The notes under the pieces: generated by a model
Databases searched by the model: none
The model's input: the letters and a program-made list of their open reading frames with translations, nothing else
What the model was told of the DNA's origin: nothing
In this document: piece by piece, positions 25,016 to 37,480 of the stretch
Layout of the letters: each line of letters starts with the position of its first letter
Numbering within the stretch: position 1 is the stretch's first letter
Assembly (NCBI RefSeq): GCF_006345805.1
Contig: NW_021824843.1
Span: 1 to 64,000, forward strand
DNA: 64,000 nt
Direction of reading: 5' to 3'
DNA from: Octopus sinensis
Taxonomy: Eukaryota
Program-made: the position numbers and the translations under genes

Positions 25016-26987
25016 AACAGATGATGATGAAGGAGAAGGGGAGGAAGAAGTGAAGGAAGTGGAGAAGGAAAAGAAAGAAGAGTTGGAAGAGGAGAAGAAA
25101 GAGGAGGAAGAGGAGAAGGAGGAAGGTGAAGAAGAAGAAGAAGAAGATAACATAAAACAAATTAATTAAAAAGAATAGAGTTATTGGTAGTCTGAAATAC
25201 GACCATTTTTTATGGGGCATTCCCAAAACGCTTATAAAATATTCGTCCCCAATAAACAAAATGAAATGAAATGTGTTATGTTGGTTTTATCCTCTTACAA
25301 GCCATACAAGAATAAAGAAGATTGAAGACATACTAATGCCTTCACCGACAATCCCATTACAGTTTGTTGATGTTGTTCAGTGTAGGTGGCCATAATTGTA
25401 TTGTTTCGCAAGTTGTTCATCGGTATGCTTTAACCCAATTGAACTGACAGCTTCGTGATCAAGAGATATAACATCCAAATTTAATTTTGTTTTTCTTGTC
25501 GGTCTTTTGTTTTTGAGCGGAGATGTATTATAGCCGTCATTTTATTTTTATTCTTAACTCTTTGGGGGTAGAGATGAAGATAGAGAGAGTGTATGAGAAA
25601 GGAGAGAGAGAGAGAGAGGTGGTGTTTGTGGTGGTGGGGAGAAAGTGAGAGAAAAGAATTTGAAGGCGTAATACGCACACATCTTCGACCACCTCATTTC
25701 GTTCAAGACCATAAAACAAACATAAACATCGTAAGAAAGAAAAATGTAGCGTGAAGTTTGGGTCATTGAAAGTTGAGTGAAATATAGGCGAAATCTTGGA
25801 AGATTTCAGCTGTGGTAGTCACTTCCATCACTACTGGTATTATTTATAGTCTCCGGGCGTATATATCGTCATTTAAAAATATAGTACGATCAGTGTGTAG
25901 GGTTTTTATGTCTTTCTGTTTAATTGGTTGTTTGTCTTATTTTGTTTTGGTGATTCTGTTTTGATTAAAGAGTACATCCATGTTGATCAAGCCGACATAC
26001 GGAAGAGACCGATCAGCCGACATGGAAACTTTTGTCACTTTTATCATCTCAGTTGTATGAAGTAACCAATTACTATTTACCGCATTAACCTTTAGATCAA
26101 CGCCTTTCAGTTATTGCTGTTCTTGTTTCGGTTGTTGTTGTTGTTGTTGTTGCTGTTCTCACTGTCATTGTTGTTTAAATTCAGGTCAGCCCCCAATCGA
26201 ACTGATTTCAGATAAAAAAAATGTCAGCCATAACTATCCTGCCTGTTTTGTATGTAAGGGAATAGTACATTGTCAAACGTATATTTCCCTTTCAGGAGAT
26301 TGGAGTTATTATCGAAGAAGATTTGGCTACCATTTCTAGCTGATTATGCGACCACATAGGAACATCTTCCTTGTTCTTTAGTTTCACCTAGACAAACAAA
26401 TCTATATCTATGACCAAAGCTTTCCCGCTGTGACCATCCCGTCAACTTTTACAAGAGTGTCTATTTCATTGTCTAATGTATTTTACTCTCCATTAAGAAA
26501 ATATTTCTTTTTTTTTTTAAAAGAGTAGGTGACCTTGTAGAAGTCCCTTTGTTTTTTGTTTATTTATTTTTTCGTTTTAGTTGCGGGTCAACCCAAATCC
26601 AGCAGGCTTATAATGAAAGGAATTTCAAAAACTGCGACACTGACCAATGTTTTTGTATTTTATGACAATACAAGTGTAATTTTAAAGGTATATTCAACTC
26701 TGCTTCCTCCAACTGGTTGTTCACCTTGCATATAATCTTTTTAGAACGTACTAACTGCATTGACGGTGACACAATTCTTAAACAATAACCAATGTAATGT
26801 AATTTGGACGGTTCTTGTAACAATCGTCATCTCAAAGATGTTTATAATTATCTTGAGTTTGTAACAGAAAGTTTATATCAATGAGTTCTGGATGTAACAT
26901 CTACGAGACTAATTACTTTGTTCTAAACGAGTTCTATACCTCATTCCAATTTCTGCTGGCCTGCATATTGGTATGAATATTGTAATA

Positions 26988-27128
26988 TTAGGTTGTCCCA
27001 AAAGTTCGTAAACACTTGCGAAAATTGAATTTTTACTCGCCAAGTACTAACAAAAACAACAAAAAATATTCCTCAAAATAAAGACCATTATTTTCCAAGA
27101 CTTTCTACGAACTTTTGGGACAACCTTA
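26988..27128. mobile_element. Mariner-type MITE (141 bp)
   Basis: 23-bp TIRs TTAGGTTGTCCCAAAAGTTCGTA / TACGAACTTTTGGGACAACCTTA (1 mismatch). Confidence 0.85.
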
Positions 27129-27669
27129 TTGTATGAATATTGCGCTGTTGAAATATTTCGAGGTCTTTTGCAAAATGATTTACCAACTGAGGAAAATCAA
27201 GATAATTCTTGGCAGCTTCCAATAGGTGCTTCCTATTTGGCTTGAGTGCAATAATGATGTCTCTGTATCCTCATTCTTCATTTTGAGAGTGATGAAACTG
27301 AAACTTACCATGAATATTTGACTAAAAAATTATGAGAACTGAGATTTGGTTGATTTTGTACTTCAGCTTGATAGACGAAAACAAGTAAGTTCTAGAGACC
27401 AATCTTCGAAATGCTTAGTGGCATTTCGTTCGTCTTTACGCTCTGAGTTCAAATTCTGCCGAGATCGACTTTGTCTTTCATCTTCTCGGAGGTCGATAAA
27501 ATACGAACCAGCTTGCCATTGGGGTTGATGTAATCGATTTACTAATTTCCCTCGAAATTGCTGGCCTCGTGCAAAATTTGAAACCAATATTAATCTTCCA
27601 GATGGTGATATTATACGTGAAATAAAATATAAAAAAATGTCATTGTATTCTGAAAAGGTCACTGTCTGA

Positions 27670-28115
27670 ACTATACTGCCCCTCACCAATGATGTTGATT
27701 CTAAGAATGAAAAAAATTAACATATTCGTGGAGAAACAGTTACTTATAAAAGCAATAATCCTGGCAATGAGAAATACCATCTGTGCAATTATTCAATAGA
27801 GTTCCTAACAGCTGCAACTTTAGTGGAGTGCCTTCTCTCCCCAATACTTTGACCCTGAAAAAGTGGTATGTTGTTATGTTATTACGAAATTTAAATAATG
27901 TTAATGGAATTTGTAATAGCATAAGAATTTACATAACCTATTTACGTGAGCGAATGATAGAAGTTCACATTATTACAGAATGGAAACGTCATTGTGGCAA
28001 GAATTAAACTAAAACCATCTCACAGAATTCTTCCATTCTCTCTTACGCAATTACAATTTTCAGTTCGCGTGGCTTTCGCAATGACAGCCAATAAATCTCA
28101 TTGCCAATCATTGAA
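27670..28115 (+). pseudogene. Helitron PIF1-like helicase C-terminal remnant
   Basis: ILPLTNDVDSKNEKI, SGVPSLPNTLTLKKWYVVMLLRNLNNVNGICNSIR, ARIKLKPS, QFSVRVAFAMTANKSHCQSL match Helitron helicase motifs (MLLRNL..GLCNGTR, FPVRLAFAMTINKSQGQ); frameshifted. Confidence 0.85.
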
Positions 28116-28908
28116 TGATTTCACAGGCCCAGAAATGGATTACTGAGGTTCCTGATTTCAAACTGAGTAAAATAGATCTGTTTGCACATTTTCTCTATTT
28201 GTGCATATAGACTATTATATGCTGTTCTGTCTAGAATTAATGACACAGTATTCTTCTCATATTTCGACAATATTGTGATAAAACGTCCTTAATATCTACT
28301 GTACAGCATCTTAATACTCGCTTCAAATAAATGTATACGTATGTGTATTGCATATGTATGTGCATATGTATATGTATGTGCATATGTATGTGTATTAGAG
28401 TTTAATTATTTTTCGTCCTATTTCATTCCTCCTCCTCCTCCTCCTCGTCGTCGTTGTCGTCATCGTCATCATCGTCATCATCATCATCATCATCATCACC
28501 ACCATGACCAATGATTACTGCTACATAACAAACTGATAGCAGATACGCTCGTGTGGATTGATATCATTCTTTAAAAATAGTTGTAAGTTGCCAGTTATAA
28601 CAGAATATCGGACTTCAATAAGACTTAAAGTATATAATTTCCTCCTTCGAATATCTGATTTAGGGTCAAATTTGTATTCATTTTACCCTCTAAATTACCA
28701 ATAAGATAACAAAAATAATATTGATTTAGTCAAATATTATACTTTTAAGAGTCTTGTGTATAGACAATGATGAGGTGAGTGTCCTGCAAAGTAGATAAAA
28801 ATATGAAAGGGTCGCATGAGTATATTGAAATTCATTGAAAATATTCAAGAGAAATATTTACGCTATTCGTAGCGAAAGTCTTTAATATTACAAAACCAAA
28901 AACCAAAA

Positions 28909-28948
<40 letters not shown>

Positions 28949-28977
28949 TGTGTGGTGTGTGTGTTGTGTGTGTGTGT

Positions 28978-29240
28978 ATAGGGAGAATTTACAGATAAAC
29001 AAAAGACGAAGACAGGTGGTGTAGACAACAAACAGATGTATTAGTATAACGCTCGGGAAGTGAAAAAGTTTTTAGCTTTTCGAGCCTACGCTCTTCCACA
29101 GAAAGGAACACAGAAACAAAAAAGGAGAGAAAAGAAAGTATGTGTAGTGGCTAGCGATCTATCATGGCGAATGCCGGACAGAGTGGTCACACAGGAAAGC
29201 TAGGAAGAAGGGGAGATAATAAAGTACTAGTGATCTCAAA
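28978..29240 (-). mobile_element. Dispersed repeat carrying a hammerhead-like motif (second copy 54204-54480)
   Basis: Two copies share TATAGGGAGA...GATGTATTAGTATAACGCTC...CTACGCTCTT...; HHR-like motif on the minus strand at 29069-29104 and 54291-54324. Confidence 0.7.
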
Positions 29241-29679
29241 ACGAAGGTACGCGTGCGTGTGTATGTGCTAACGTTTCTGCCAGCTCGCCGCCTTATTCTT
29301 GACTAATTAATGAAAGAAAGGTGTTGGGGTGGCGTATTACAAAAGCGTATTACAGTATGGCGTTAAGTTAGTAAATGTACTGAGTTCAAATCCTGCTAGA
29401 GTCGGCATTGTCTTCAATATTTTAGTGAAAATATGTAGAATGATAATAAGTTCGAATGAATTGGCTAAAAGCTATCCCTATAAAATGTAAGTTGTCATTG
29501 TCATCGTTGTTGTTGTTTTGTCCCTGGGAATCCCTAATGAAGTAGACCAGAGATTAACATTATTTCAATCATAAACATACTGTATTTTCCCAGACACTCT
29601 CTACCAAGAGATACAAGTACCGATACGGTGGTTTAATAATTATAAAAAGTTCCAATTTCATTGGGATAATTTTGATGTA

Positions 29680-30009
29680 AAAAAAAAAGACTCCGCCGGT
29701 TACGACGACGAGGGTCCCAGCTGATACGATCAGCGGAACAGCCTGCTCGTGAAATTAACGTGCAAATCGCTGAGCATTCCACAGACACGTGTACCCTTAA
29801 CGTAGTTCTCGGGGATAATCAGCGTGACACAGAGTGTGACAAGGCCGGCCCTTTGAAATACAAGTACAACTCATTTTTGCCAGCTGAGTGGACTGGAGCA
29901 ACGTGAAATAAAGTGTCTTGCTCACGGACACAACGCGTCGCCGGGAATCGAACTCACAACCTTACGATCATGAGCCGAATGCCCTAACCACTAAGCCACG
30001 CGCCCTCAC
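29680..30009 (-). mobile_element. tRNA/CORE-like SINE family E (family A tail)
   Basis: tRNA head, CORE-like GAGCAAGACACTTTATTTCACGTTGCTCCAG, tail shared with family A; 13-bp TSD TAATTTTGATGTA at 29667-29679 and 30010-30022. Confidence 0.88.
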
Positions 30010-30494
30010 TAATTTTGATGTATAAACCATATTTGATTGTTTCGATGATAATCGATTGTATCATGATGTCCAGATTATCTAACACAGAAAACAATATTAA
30101 TGGAGAGTTGTAGGTCGTCGTTGTTTAACCCTGGGCCAAACAACAACCTACAACTGCTTGATACCGCTGTTATTAACGCAGCCTTGGATGTAGGTAATAG
30201 TTGAGTGATAAACGTTGAGGTATATAAATGGAGGTTGTGATGTATAAATGATGATAGTGCTGCTAACGTAAGTGTTCTTTTCCTAAGGATGGTGGTAGTG
30301 GTCGTGCCATTGCTGGTTTGATAATGGTAATGGTATTGATTGTGATTGTGGTTTTGATGATAGTATTATTGTGGAGATAATTTTGGTAATGCTTGTGCTA
30401 CAATTAATAGCGTTGATATGAAGGTGATAGTATTGATAATGTAAGTGTGATGAAAATAATGATGGTGGTGATAGTAGTGATGGTTTCATTATTA

Positions 30495-30770
30495 TTTTTT
30501 TTCTTTCTTTCTTCAAATTTTCTTCCATTTCTCGCAGAGTGTTTTCCGTACACCTAGGGCGGAGAAGCTCATTGTATGTATTCCCAGATTACACACGCAA
30601 ATTCACAGGTAAAATATGTATTTAAAAATATTAATAAATAAATAAATTCATGAATGGATGTTGTTTTCACAGCGATAATGCTCTTCTCGGACGTTCCAGT
30701 TAACACGATTTTTTGTACTTCCTGTAGGGATGTTAAGCCTGGTATCATTTTCAAACAAGTTTCAGTACCA
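30495..30770 (-). mobile_element. R4/Dong-like LINE, extreme 3' fragment
   Basis: MIPGLTSLQEVQKIVLTGT C-terminus plus 3' UTR similar to 32530-32832. Confidence 0.75.
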
Positions 30771-30786
30771 TTATTATTATTATTGT

Positions 30787-32482
30787 CATTTACTTTTAAT
30801 CTGCATGTTTGATGCAATCACCTGCCGGGGCACACCCAGCGCCCTAGGGCAAGTGAAGGTTAAGAGTTGTTGAAATATAGCTGAAAGCTTGGGGAGGGGA
30901 AGTAGAGAAATATCTCCATGTAATACAAACACAAACATTTACATTGATAGGGTTTTTCTAATGATGTGGGCAGTACTTGTTAGCACAATCTTTTGGATTT
31001 CCTTGAGACATGGTTTTCCAGGGATATTGTCTAGGTGTTTCTGACATCCCTTTTTTATCATACCTAGGGCACCTACAATAACAGGAACAGTTTTTGTTTT
31101 AAGATTCCACATCCTCTGTATTTCGATTTCCAGGTCCTTATATTTACTAAGTTTGTCAAATTCCTTGACAGATACATTTTTATCAGTGGGGACGCTTACT
31201 TCTATTAGTCTGCAGGTATTTTCTTCCCTGTCTTTAACAATTATGTCTGGTCGATTAGCCTTGATCGTTCTGTCAGTGTTGACTGGAAAATCCCAGAGGA
31301 TGGTGACATCTTTACCTTCAACAACTGGCTGAGGATGGTGTTCATACCAGTTAACAGGAGTGTCGGATTTGTAGTGTTTACATATCTTCCAATGTATATA
31401 CTGTCCTACCCTATCGTGGCGATTTTTGTATTCGTTTGGTGTCAGCACAGGACATCCCGAAACGAGATGGTCTATTGTTTCGTCAAATGTGTCACAGAAT
31501 CTGCATTTAGGGTCAGTACCGTTTCGGAGAACGTTAGCCTGGTAATTTCTGGTAAACAAGCTTTGATCTTGTGCTGCCATTATGAAGCCTTCAGTCTCTG
31601 CTTTCCATCCAGAACTCTTCAGCCACTGATGGGTTGTTGCTTGGTCTACATCAGCATTTTGGCTTCGGAGAATGTATTGTCCATGCAGGGGCTTCTGGCT
31701 CCACCGCCTCTCAATTTGATTCTGCCCATTCTTTTTTGCAGTCTGCCTGATTCGCTTTGCTTGCTTGGTAGCAGCGGTTTCTGGCTCTTCACCTGATTCA
31801 AGGTTAATGTCTAGTTCCCTTTCGAACTTATAAGCTTCCTTGACAATAGAATGCAGCTTTTTGCTGCTTTCGTGTTCACACACAAGTCGCAGCATCCAGT
31901 CTTTTGTACTAGATAGGTACCTGTTCATTCCTACAGTAGAGGTCTTATAGCACAGCTCCAATTGCATCATTCCTCTCCCCCCGCTGCTTCTAGGTAGGTA
32001 CAAGCGGTCTACATCTGCCTTAGGGTGGTGCATGCTCCTGGATGTCAGTAACTTTCTTGTCTTCCTGTCCAAGCGTTGGAGTTCCGTAAGCTCCCAGTTA
32101 ATGATGTTAAAACTGTACTGGACTACTGGAAGTGCCAGGGTGTTAATGGCCTCAATGCAATTTTTGGAGTTGAGTTCAGTCTTCAGTACAAGCCTTATTC
32201 TCCTATAGTACTCCTTTCTTATTTTTTCCTTCATAGTAGCATGATGTATACCATCTCCTTCGTTGATTCCTAGGTATTTGTAGCTTTCTTGTGGGTCAAG
32301 TTCCTTGATGGTAGTGTCAATATCTAATTTAACAGAAGCTGTTTGCCTGAGCTTGCCTCTTACAAAAGTTGCTTTAGCACACTTATCAAGGCCAAAATCC
32401 ATTCCGATATCATTGCTAAACTCTTTAACAGTTGTTAGCAGCCCTTCTAGCTCTTGGTCATTCTTGGCAAACAGCTTTAGAT
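30787..32482 (-). mobile_element. Young 5'-truncated R4/Dong-like LINE
   Basis: Open ORF plus 3' UTR, bounded by (TAA)n on both sides. Confidence 0.93.
30939..32480 (-). CDS. C-terminal 513 codons of RT-thumb / CCHC finger / REL endonuclease ORF (no start codon; truncated just after the catalytic YMDD)
   Basis: Stop-free from LKLFAKNDQELEGLL through CRFCDTFDETIDHLVSGC, KANRPDIIVKDRE, IEVSVPTD, KYKDLE, VIVGALG to RKTLSM*. Confidence 0.85.
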   Translation of the reverse strand, partial: LKLFAKNDQELEGLLTTVKEFSNDIGMDFGLDKCAKATFVRGKLRQTASVKLDIDTTIKELDPQESYKYLGINEGDGIHHATMKEKIRKEYYRRIRLVLKTELNSKNCIEAINTLALPVVQYSFNIINWELTELQRLDRKTRKLLTSRSMHHPKADVDRLYLPRSSGGRGMMQLELCYKTSTVGMNRYLSSTKDWMLRLVCEHESSKKLHSIVKEAYKFERELDINLESGEEPETAATKQAKRIRQTAKKNGQNQIERRWSQKPLHGQYILRSQNADVDQATTHQWLKSSGWKAETEGFIMAAQDQSLFTRNYQANVLRNGTDPKCRFCDTFDETIDHLVSGCPVLTPNEYKNRHDRVGQYIHWKICKHYKSDTPVNWYEHHPQPVVEGKDVTILWDFPVNTDRTIKANRPDIIVKDREENTCRLIEVSVPTDKNVSVKEFDKLSKYKDLEIEIQRMWNLKTKTVPVIVGALGMIKKGCQKHLDNIPGKPCLKEIQKIVLTSTAHIIRKTLSM

Positions 32483-32492
32483 ATTATTATTA

Positions 32493-32529
<37 letters not shown>

Positions 32530-32531
<2 letters not shown>

Positions 32532-32831
32532 TTTTTTTTTTCTTCTTTCAAATTTTTTCCATTTCTTGCCGAGTGTCTTCCCGACTCCTAGGGCAAAGAA
32601 ACTCATACTGTATATTGGTAGGCCATTAAACCAAACTCAGTAGTTCGTTCATTTTTTTTTTTTTTTTTTAAGTTAAATTAAATATACATGAGCAGCACAG
32701 TTCTCACATCGACAATGGCTCTTCTCAATACGTGTGATGTACCAGTTAAGACAATCTTTTGCACTTCTTGCAGGGATGTAAGCCAGGGACCATTCTCATA
32801 TAATTTTCGGTTCCCTTCTTGATCATTCCTA

Positions 32832-32832
<1 letters not shown>
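32530..32832 (-). mobile_element. R4/Dong-like LINE, extreme 3' fragment
   Basis: LGMIKKGTENY...LQEVQKIVLTGTSHVLRRA on the minus strand; (TAA)n on both sides. Confidence 0.8.
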
Positions 32833-32873
<41 letters not shown>

Positions 32874-32962
32874 TATTATTATTATTATTATTATTGTTAT
32901 TATTATTATTATCATCATCATCATCATCATTATTATTATTATTGTTATTATTATTATTATTC

Positions 32963-33004
<42 letters not shown>

Positions 33005-33005
<1 letters not shown>

Positions 33006-33544
33006 GAGTGAGAGAGCAGTTCATGCCATCAAAGTGACACTGGGGTAAAATATACGAAGCCCCATATACCCATCATGACTACCCGTCTGATAAAGGTACA
33101 CACCAGGCACATGCATCACAACCATATGTGCGCGACATGGTGATCTCATATCAGATAACAGCACATGACCTTGCAGGTGGGGCCCAGTTAGAATTTTCTT
33201 CAGGTTGAGTAGCCCATCCCGCTCAAACGGTCCCTGAATAAGGGTTGTTTAAGGATGTTGAAAGAACCACCTATGTTTCCAGAGGTGAACTATTCAAACC
33301 CCAAAGAATCCTTCTCAACACATGGCTATGATGCTCCCCCACTACTTCTGCTCGGGATCAGAGATGCACATATCGTCAGCCACTAAGGGACATGCTCAAC
33401 TGGTTAAGGTCAAACAACTGACAAGCAAATCTGTGGTATTGAGCAGAATATTTGCTGTAGCCCATCTTTTATACCAAGACAAAACAATGTACATGATAAC
33501 ACTTCCAATCAGTTAAGATCAGAAGCCATGAGAGCCACTGCCTG
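33005..33544. mobile_element. About 540-bp non-coding dispersed repeat (family D) in a (TAA)n tract
   Basis: Highly similar second copy at 48004-48551, also flanked by (TAT)n. Confidence 0.85.
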
Positions 33545-33887
33545 TATTATTATTATTATTATCATCATTATTATTATTATCATTATTATTATTATCATTA
33601 TGCTGATATATTTTAGTAGTGATGATACTATGGTAAGTGTCTTAGTTTTGTTGCTCGGGATTCATGCTAATGTACGCTGAAGTGCATAATATATGCTAAT
33701 TTATACATTATGCATATGTATTGGGTATGATAAGGTGTAATATATCACTCATAAATAAAGTACACTAATATATGTATCGTCGTAGATAATTCATGCTAAT
33801 GTATGTTTGTGTTGATGGTTGTGTTTCAGTGAAAGAGAAGTTGACAATGGTTGCTGTTGTGGTGGTGGTAGCAGCAGCAGCAGCAAC

Positions 33888-33933
<46 letters not shown>

Positions 33934-33949
33934 ATAGTAGTAGTAGTCA

Positions 33950-34012
<63 letters not shown>

Positions 34013-34133
34013 CATTATTATTATTATTATTATTAGTAGTAGTAGTAGTAGTAGTAGAAGTAGTAGTTGTATTAGTAGTAATAGTAGTAGCAGTTATATT
34101 ATTATTGTTATTGTTATTATTATTATTATTATC

Positions 34134-34207
<74 letters not shown>

Positions 34208-35475
34208 CATTATTATTATTATTATTATATTAGTAGTAGTAGTAGTAGTATATGCAGCATCAGTGGTAGCAGCAGCAGCAGCAGTGATTTAATGATAGTC
34301 GTAGTAGCGGCTGTAGAGAAAGATGAAATCGTTGGTGGTTTGGTACTGATGATAGCAGAGTCGGGGGTGATGGTCATTGTCATGGAAATATTATTATTAT
34401 TGGTAGTGGTGGTGATGGTTTGTTTTCGGTGGTGGTTAGGGTAGTGGTATTATTTTTGATGGTGGTGGTTTTTGAAAGTGGTGTTGGTGGTGGTGCTGGA
34501 AGTAATAACAGTTATACTGATGTTGGCATTTCTATTGGCTGTTTTGGGGTTCTGGTGATAGTTGTTGTTGGTGTTGGTGTTGGTGTAAGAGCTATTAGTG
34601 GTGCAAGAGATATTGCTGCTATATCAGTGTAAGTGATAAATGGAGGCACGTTTCGATGAAAAGGGACAGTTCTCAATATAAGGTACAGAGAGATGTAAGG
34701 GTGTTTCGTGCCTCTGGAAGAGTGGTGGTGGCGGTGAGAGGGCCAGGGAAATATAAGCAAGATGGTAGTTGGAACAAAAGTAAGGAATCGTAAAGAGCGG
34801 GATTTCGAAGGGACAACTTAATTCTTTTTGGCGTTGATTATGCAAATGATTTCAGGATAGAAATAGAAAGATTATCTTCAGTAAATCTCTTTCCATTCAC
34901 CCTCAATTCTCTCTGTCTCTGTTTGTCTGTCTGTCTCTTTCTCTATCTCTTTCTCTCTCACTGTCTCTTTATTTCTCTTTCTCTCGTACAGTCTCTTCTT
35001 TTTCTTCTCACCCTGTGAGGTAATAATGTAAAAGAAGCAGAAAAATGTGCGTTACATGGCAGAACAGTACTAAACAAAGAACATGGAGAGAGGAAGAGGG
35101 AGAGAGAGAGAGAGGAGAGAGAGAGAGAGCATGATAGAATGCGTGAGTGTGAAATAAATTAAAATCTCTCTTCTCTCTCGTTCCCTCTCGCTTCTCTCTC
35201 ACTCTTTTGGGGAGAGGGTTTCTGGAGAGAAATTGGATGCAGAAGAGAGGGAGGATAATAAGAATAGGACAGTGTGGGCTGCAAAGAGAGATATACGAGG
35301 GATGTGAGCTAAGGAGAGCAAACTAACAGAGAATAAGGAGAATAAAAGATTAATATAGAAATGGTGGATATAGATTGGTAGGTAAACATATAACTAAACT
35401 TTGCGTGTGTGTGTGTGTGTGTACGAGTATGACTTTGTATTCACACACACACACAAACACACATATGTGTATCCA

Positions 35476-35765
35476 CAGGCGCATCACCTAAAGCTCCACG
35501 AGGCTCCGGCAGGGGATGGTGGTGATCCCTGCTGTACTCTTTCACCACAACTTTCTCTCACTCTTACTTCCTGTTTCTGTTGTACCTGTACTTCAAAGGG
35601 CCGGCCTTGTCACTCTCTGTGTCACGCTGAATATCCCCGAAAAATACGTTAAGGGTACACGTGTCTGTGGCGTGCTCAGCCACTTACACGTTAATTTCAC
35701 GAGCAGGCTGTTCCATTGATTCGGATCAACCGGAACCCTCGTCGTCGTAACCGACGGAGTGCTTC
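35476..35765 (+). mobile_element. SINE family A copy lacking most of the tRNA head
   Basis: AGGCGCA joined directly to CACCTAAAGCTCC; the rest matches family A. Confidence 0.85.
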
Positions 35766-35782
35766 CTACTACTACATGTATA

Positions 35783-36060
35783 TACAGGCTGTTCCAAACA
35801 ACCGAACAATGCATGCATGCAGTCGGTATTTATTAGAATGCATTTCATTTTCAAGATTTAATAGAACAGACAGGATTTAATGTTTTTATGAATACCTGTT
35901 TTCAAACTGATGATCATTTTGGTCCAAGTGCTGCTGATAACGCGAACATCAAGGAACATTCTGTTTGGCATTTGTGCGAGTCTCCTGCAATGGCAACTCT
36001 GTATTCGCCGACGCTTGCCGAATTTGTACCGTAAGATATATCATTTAAGTGTTTCCCTAA
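35783..36060 (-). mobile_element. Possible Tc1/mariner 3' end remnant
   Basis: TA-CAGGCTGTTCCAAA terminal-like sequence; minus frame RYQQHLDQNDHQFEN resembles transposase C-termini. Confidence 0.35.
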
Positions 36061-36067
36061 CAAAGTC

Positions 36068-36360
36068 GTGTGAAGGCGTGTAGCTTAGTCGTAAGGATAT
36101 TCGCTTCACGATCGTATAGTCGTGAGATCAATTCCTGGCAGCGCGTCGTATCATTGAGAAAGATACTTTACTTCACATTGTTTCAGTCTACTAAACTGGC
36201 AAAAATGAGTTGTACCTGGACTTCAAAAGGCCAGCTTTATCGCATTCAGTGTTACACTGAATCTCCCTGAGAGCAACCTTTAAGGGCACGCGTGTATCTG
36301 AAATGCTCAGTCAACTGTATGTTAATTTCAGGAGCAGGTTGCTCCGTTGATCGGAGAACC
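36068..36360 (+). mobile_element. Diverged SINE family E copy
   Basis: Collinear with the reverse complement of 29680-30009. Confidence 0.75.
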
Positions 36361-36481
36361 AGTTTAAAAAAAGACTAGTGGTGTGATGTCCGATGACTGC
36401 AGTGAGTATACTAGTGAAACTTTTTTAATATCCTAAACATTGTTTGGCTAACTTTCATCAAGGTAGGCTTTTATATCACAA

Positions 36482-37029
36482 CTAGCAGCATAGCCCGGCG
36501 TTGCCCGGGTATGTAAGAGCCCCTAGTAGGCAACGACTAATTCCAATCTAGTCCATTCCCTCTAGGAAACGAAGGCGCATGTGTAGGTTGCAATGTCCTC
36601 TGTGTATACGATGTTCCTAGCTGTCCCTTTGGGCGAAAACGCGATTTCCCAAAATGGCATGATTTTATCGATTTTTCTCATGGTAAGGTATTGCATGGAA
36701 AACTAACGTCAGATTAAGTTTCTTGGGTAACGTTAAGCTTCATCCCATGAGTTTGGTGAAATCGATTGCAAGTTGCAAAAACTACAACAGAAAATGTGTT
36801 GCATATAAAAAGCTTAGATTCTCGATCCCATGTCGAATTTATCAATTTTTTTCCAAACGGGGGGAACTTTTCAAAATTTTCGCTGCGTTAGTTTTGAATT
36901 ATGACATTGGGCTATATGTGTGTGTCAAGTTTCATCAGAATCGGTTGAAAGCTGTGGTCAGGGTGAGGGTACAACATGACAGACACACAGACACACAGAC
37001 AGACAAACTGCCGTTTATATAGAGAGAGA
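36482..37029 (-). mobile_element. Non-autonomous Helitron
   Basis: Minus strand A|TC 5' end (37029), (CTGT)n near the 5' end, 3' hairpin CCCGG-GCAACG-CCGGG then CTAG|T (36482). Confidence 0.8.
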
Positions 37030-37093
37030 TGATAATGTGGAAGTGCCTCATCTTGCAGGAAATATAACTCCACATTCCAAAGTCCGCTTGAAT

Positions 37094-37480
37094 ATTGGGT
37101 TGTCCGGAAAGTTCGTGCCGATTTATAGTAGCTTATCTTTCGACTTATTTTAGAACATGGTTGAGTCCATAAAATAGGATTTGACTACACCTCCATTTGG
37201 TGCACAGTTTAAGCTATCTTTTCGTGGAAGATGGTTTATGTTCCTATAACGTGTGTTAATTCTGTAACCCTTTAAAATGGAAGATAAGAAAGTTCATTTT
37301 CGGCACTTGATGCTTTGGGAACCAGAAAAAAATTGCTGCAGCTCGACTGAGATGTGTTACCCCACCCCACCATATTCACCAGATATTGCTCCTTCGGATT
37401 TCCACTTATTCAGGTCTCTGCAGAATAGTTTTAATGGTAAAAAATTCAATTCCTTGGATGACGTAAAAAGATACCATCTA
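37094..37480 (+). mobile_element. Internally deleted mariner
   Basis: TIR-like TATTGGGTTGTCCGGAAAGTTCG; MEDKKVHFRHLMLW N-terminus joined to PPYSPDIAPSDFHLFRSLQNSFNGKKF. Confidence 0.88.

Noticed and set aside
26608-26823. 71-aa minus ORF as a host exon; also 44292-44410 and 3270-3660
   Set aside because: No recognisable domain and no convincing pair of splice sites.
31335-31796. 153-aa plus-strand ORF, and similar ORFs at 22156-22620 and 21424-21738
   Set aside because: Antisense shadows of LINE coding sequence.
33793-34292. 146-157 aa ORFs
   Set aside because: Pure (AGT)n/(ATT)n low complexity.
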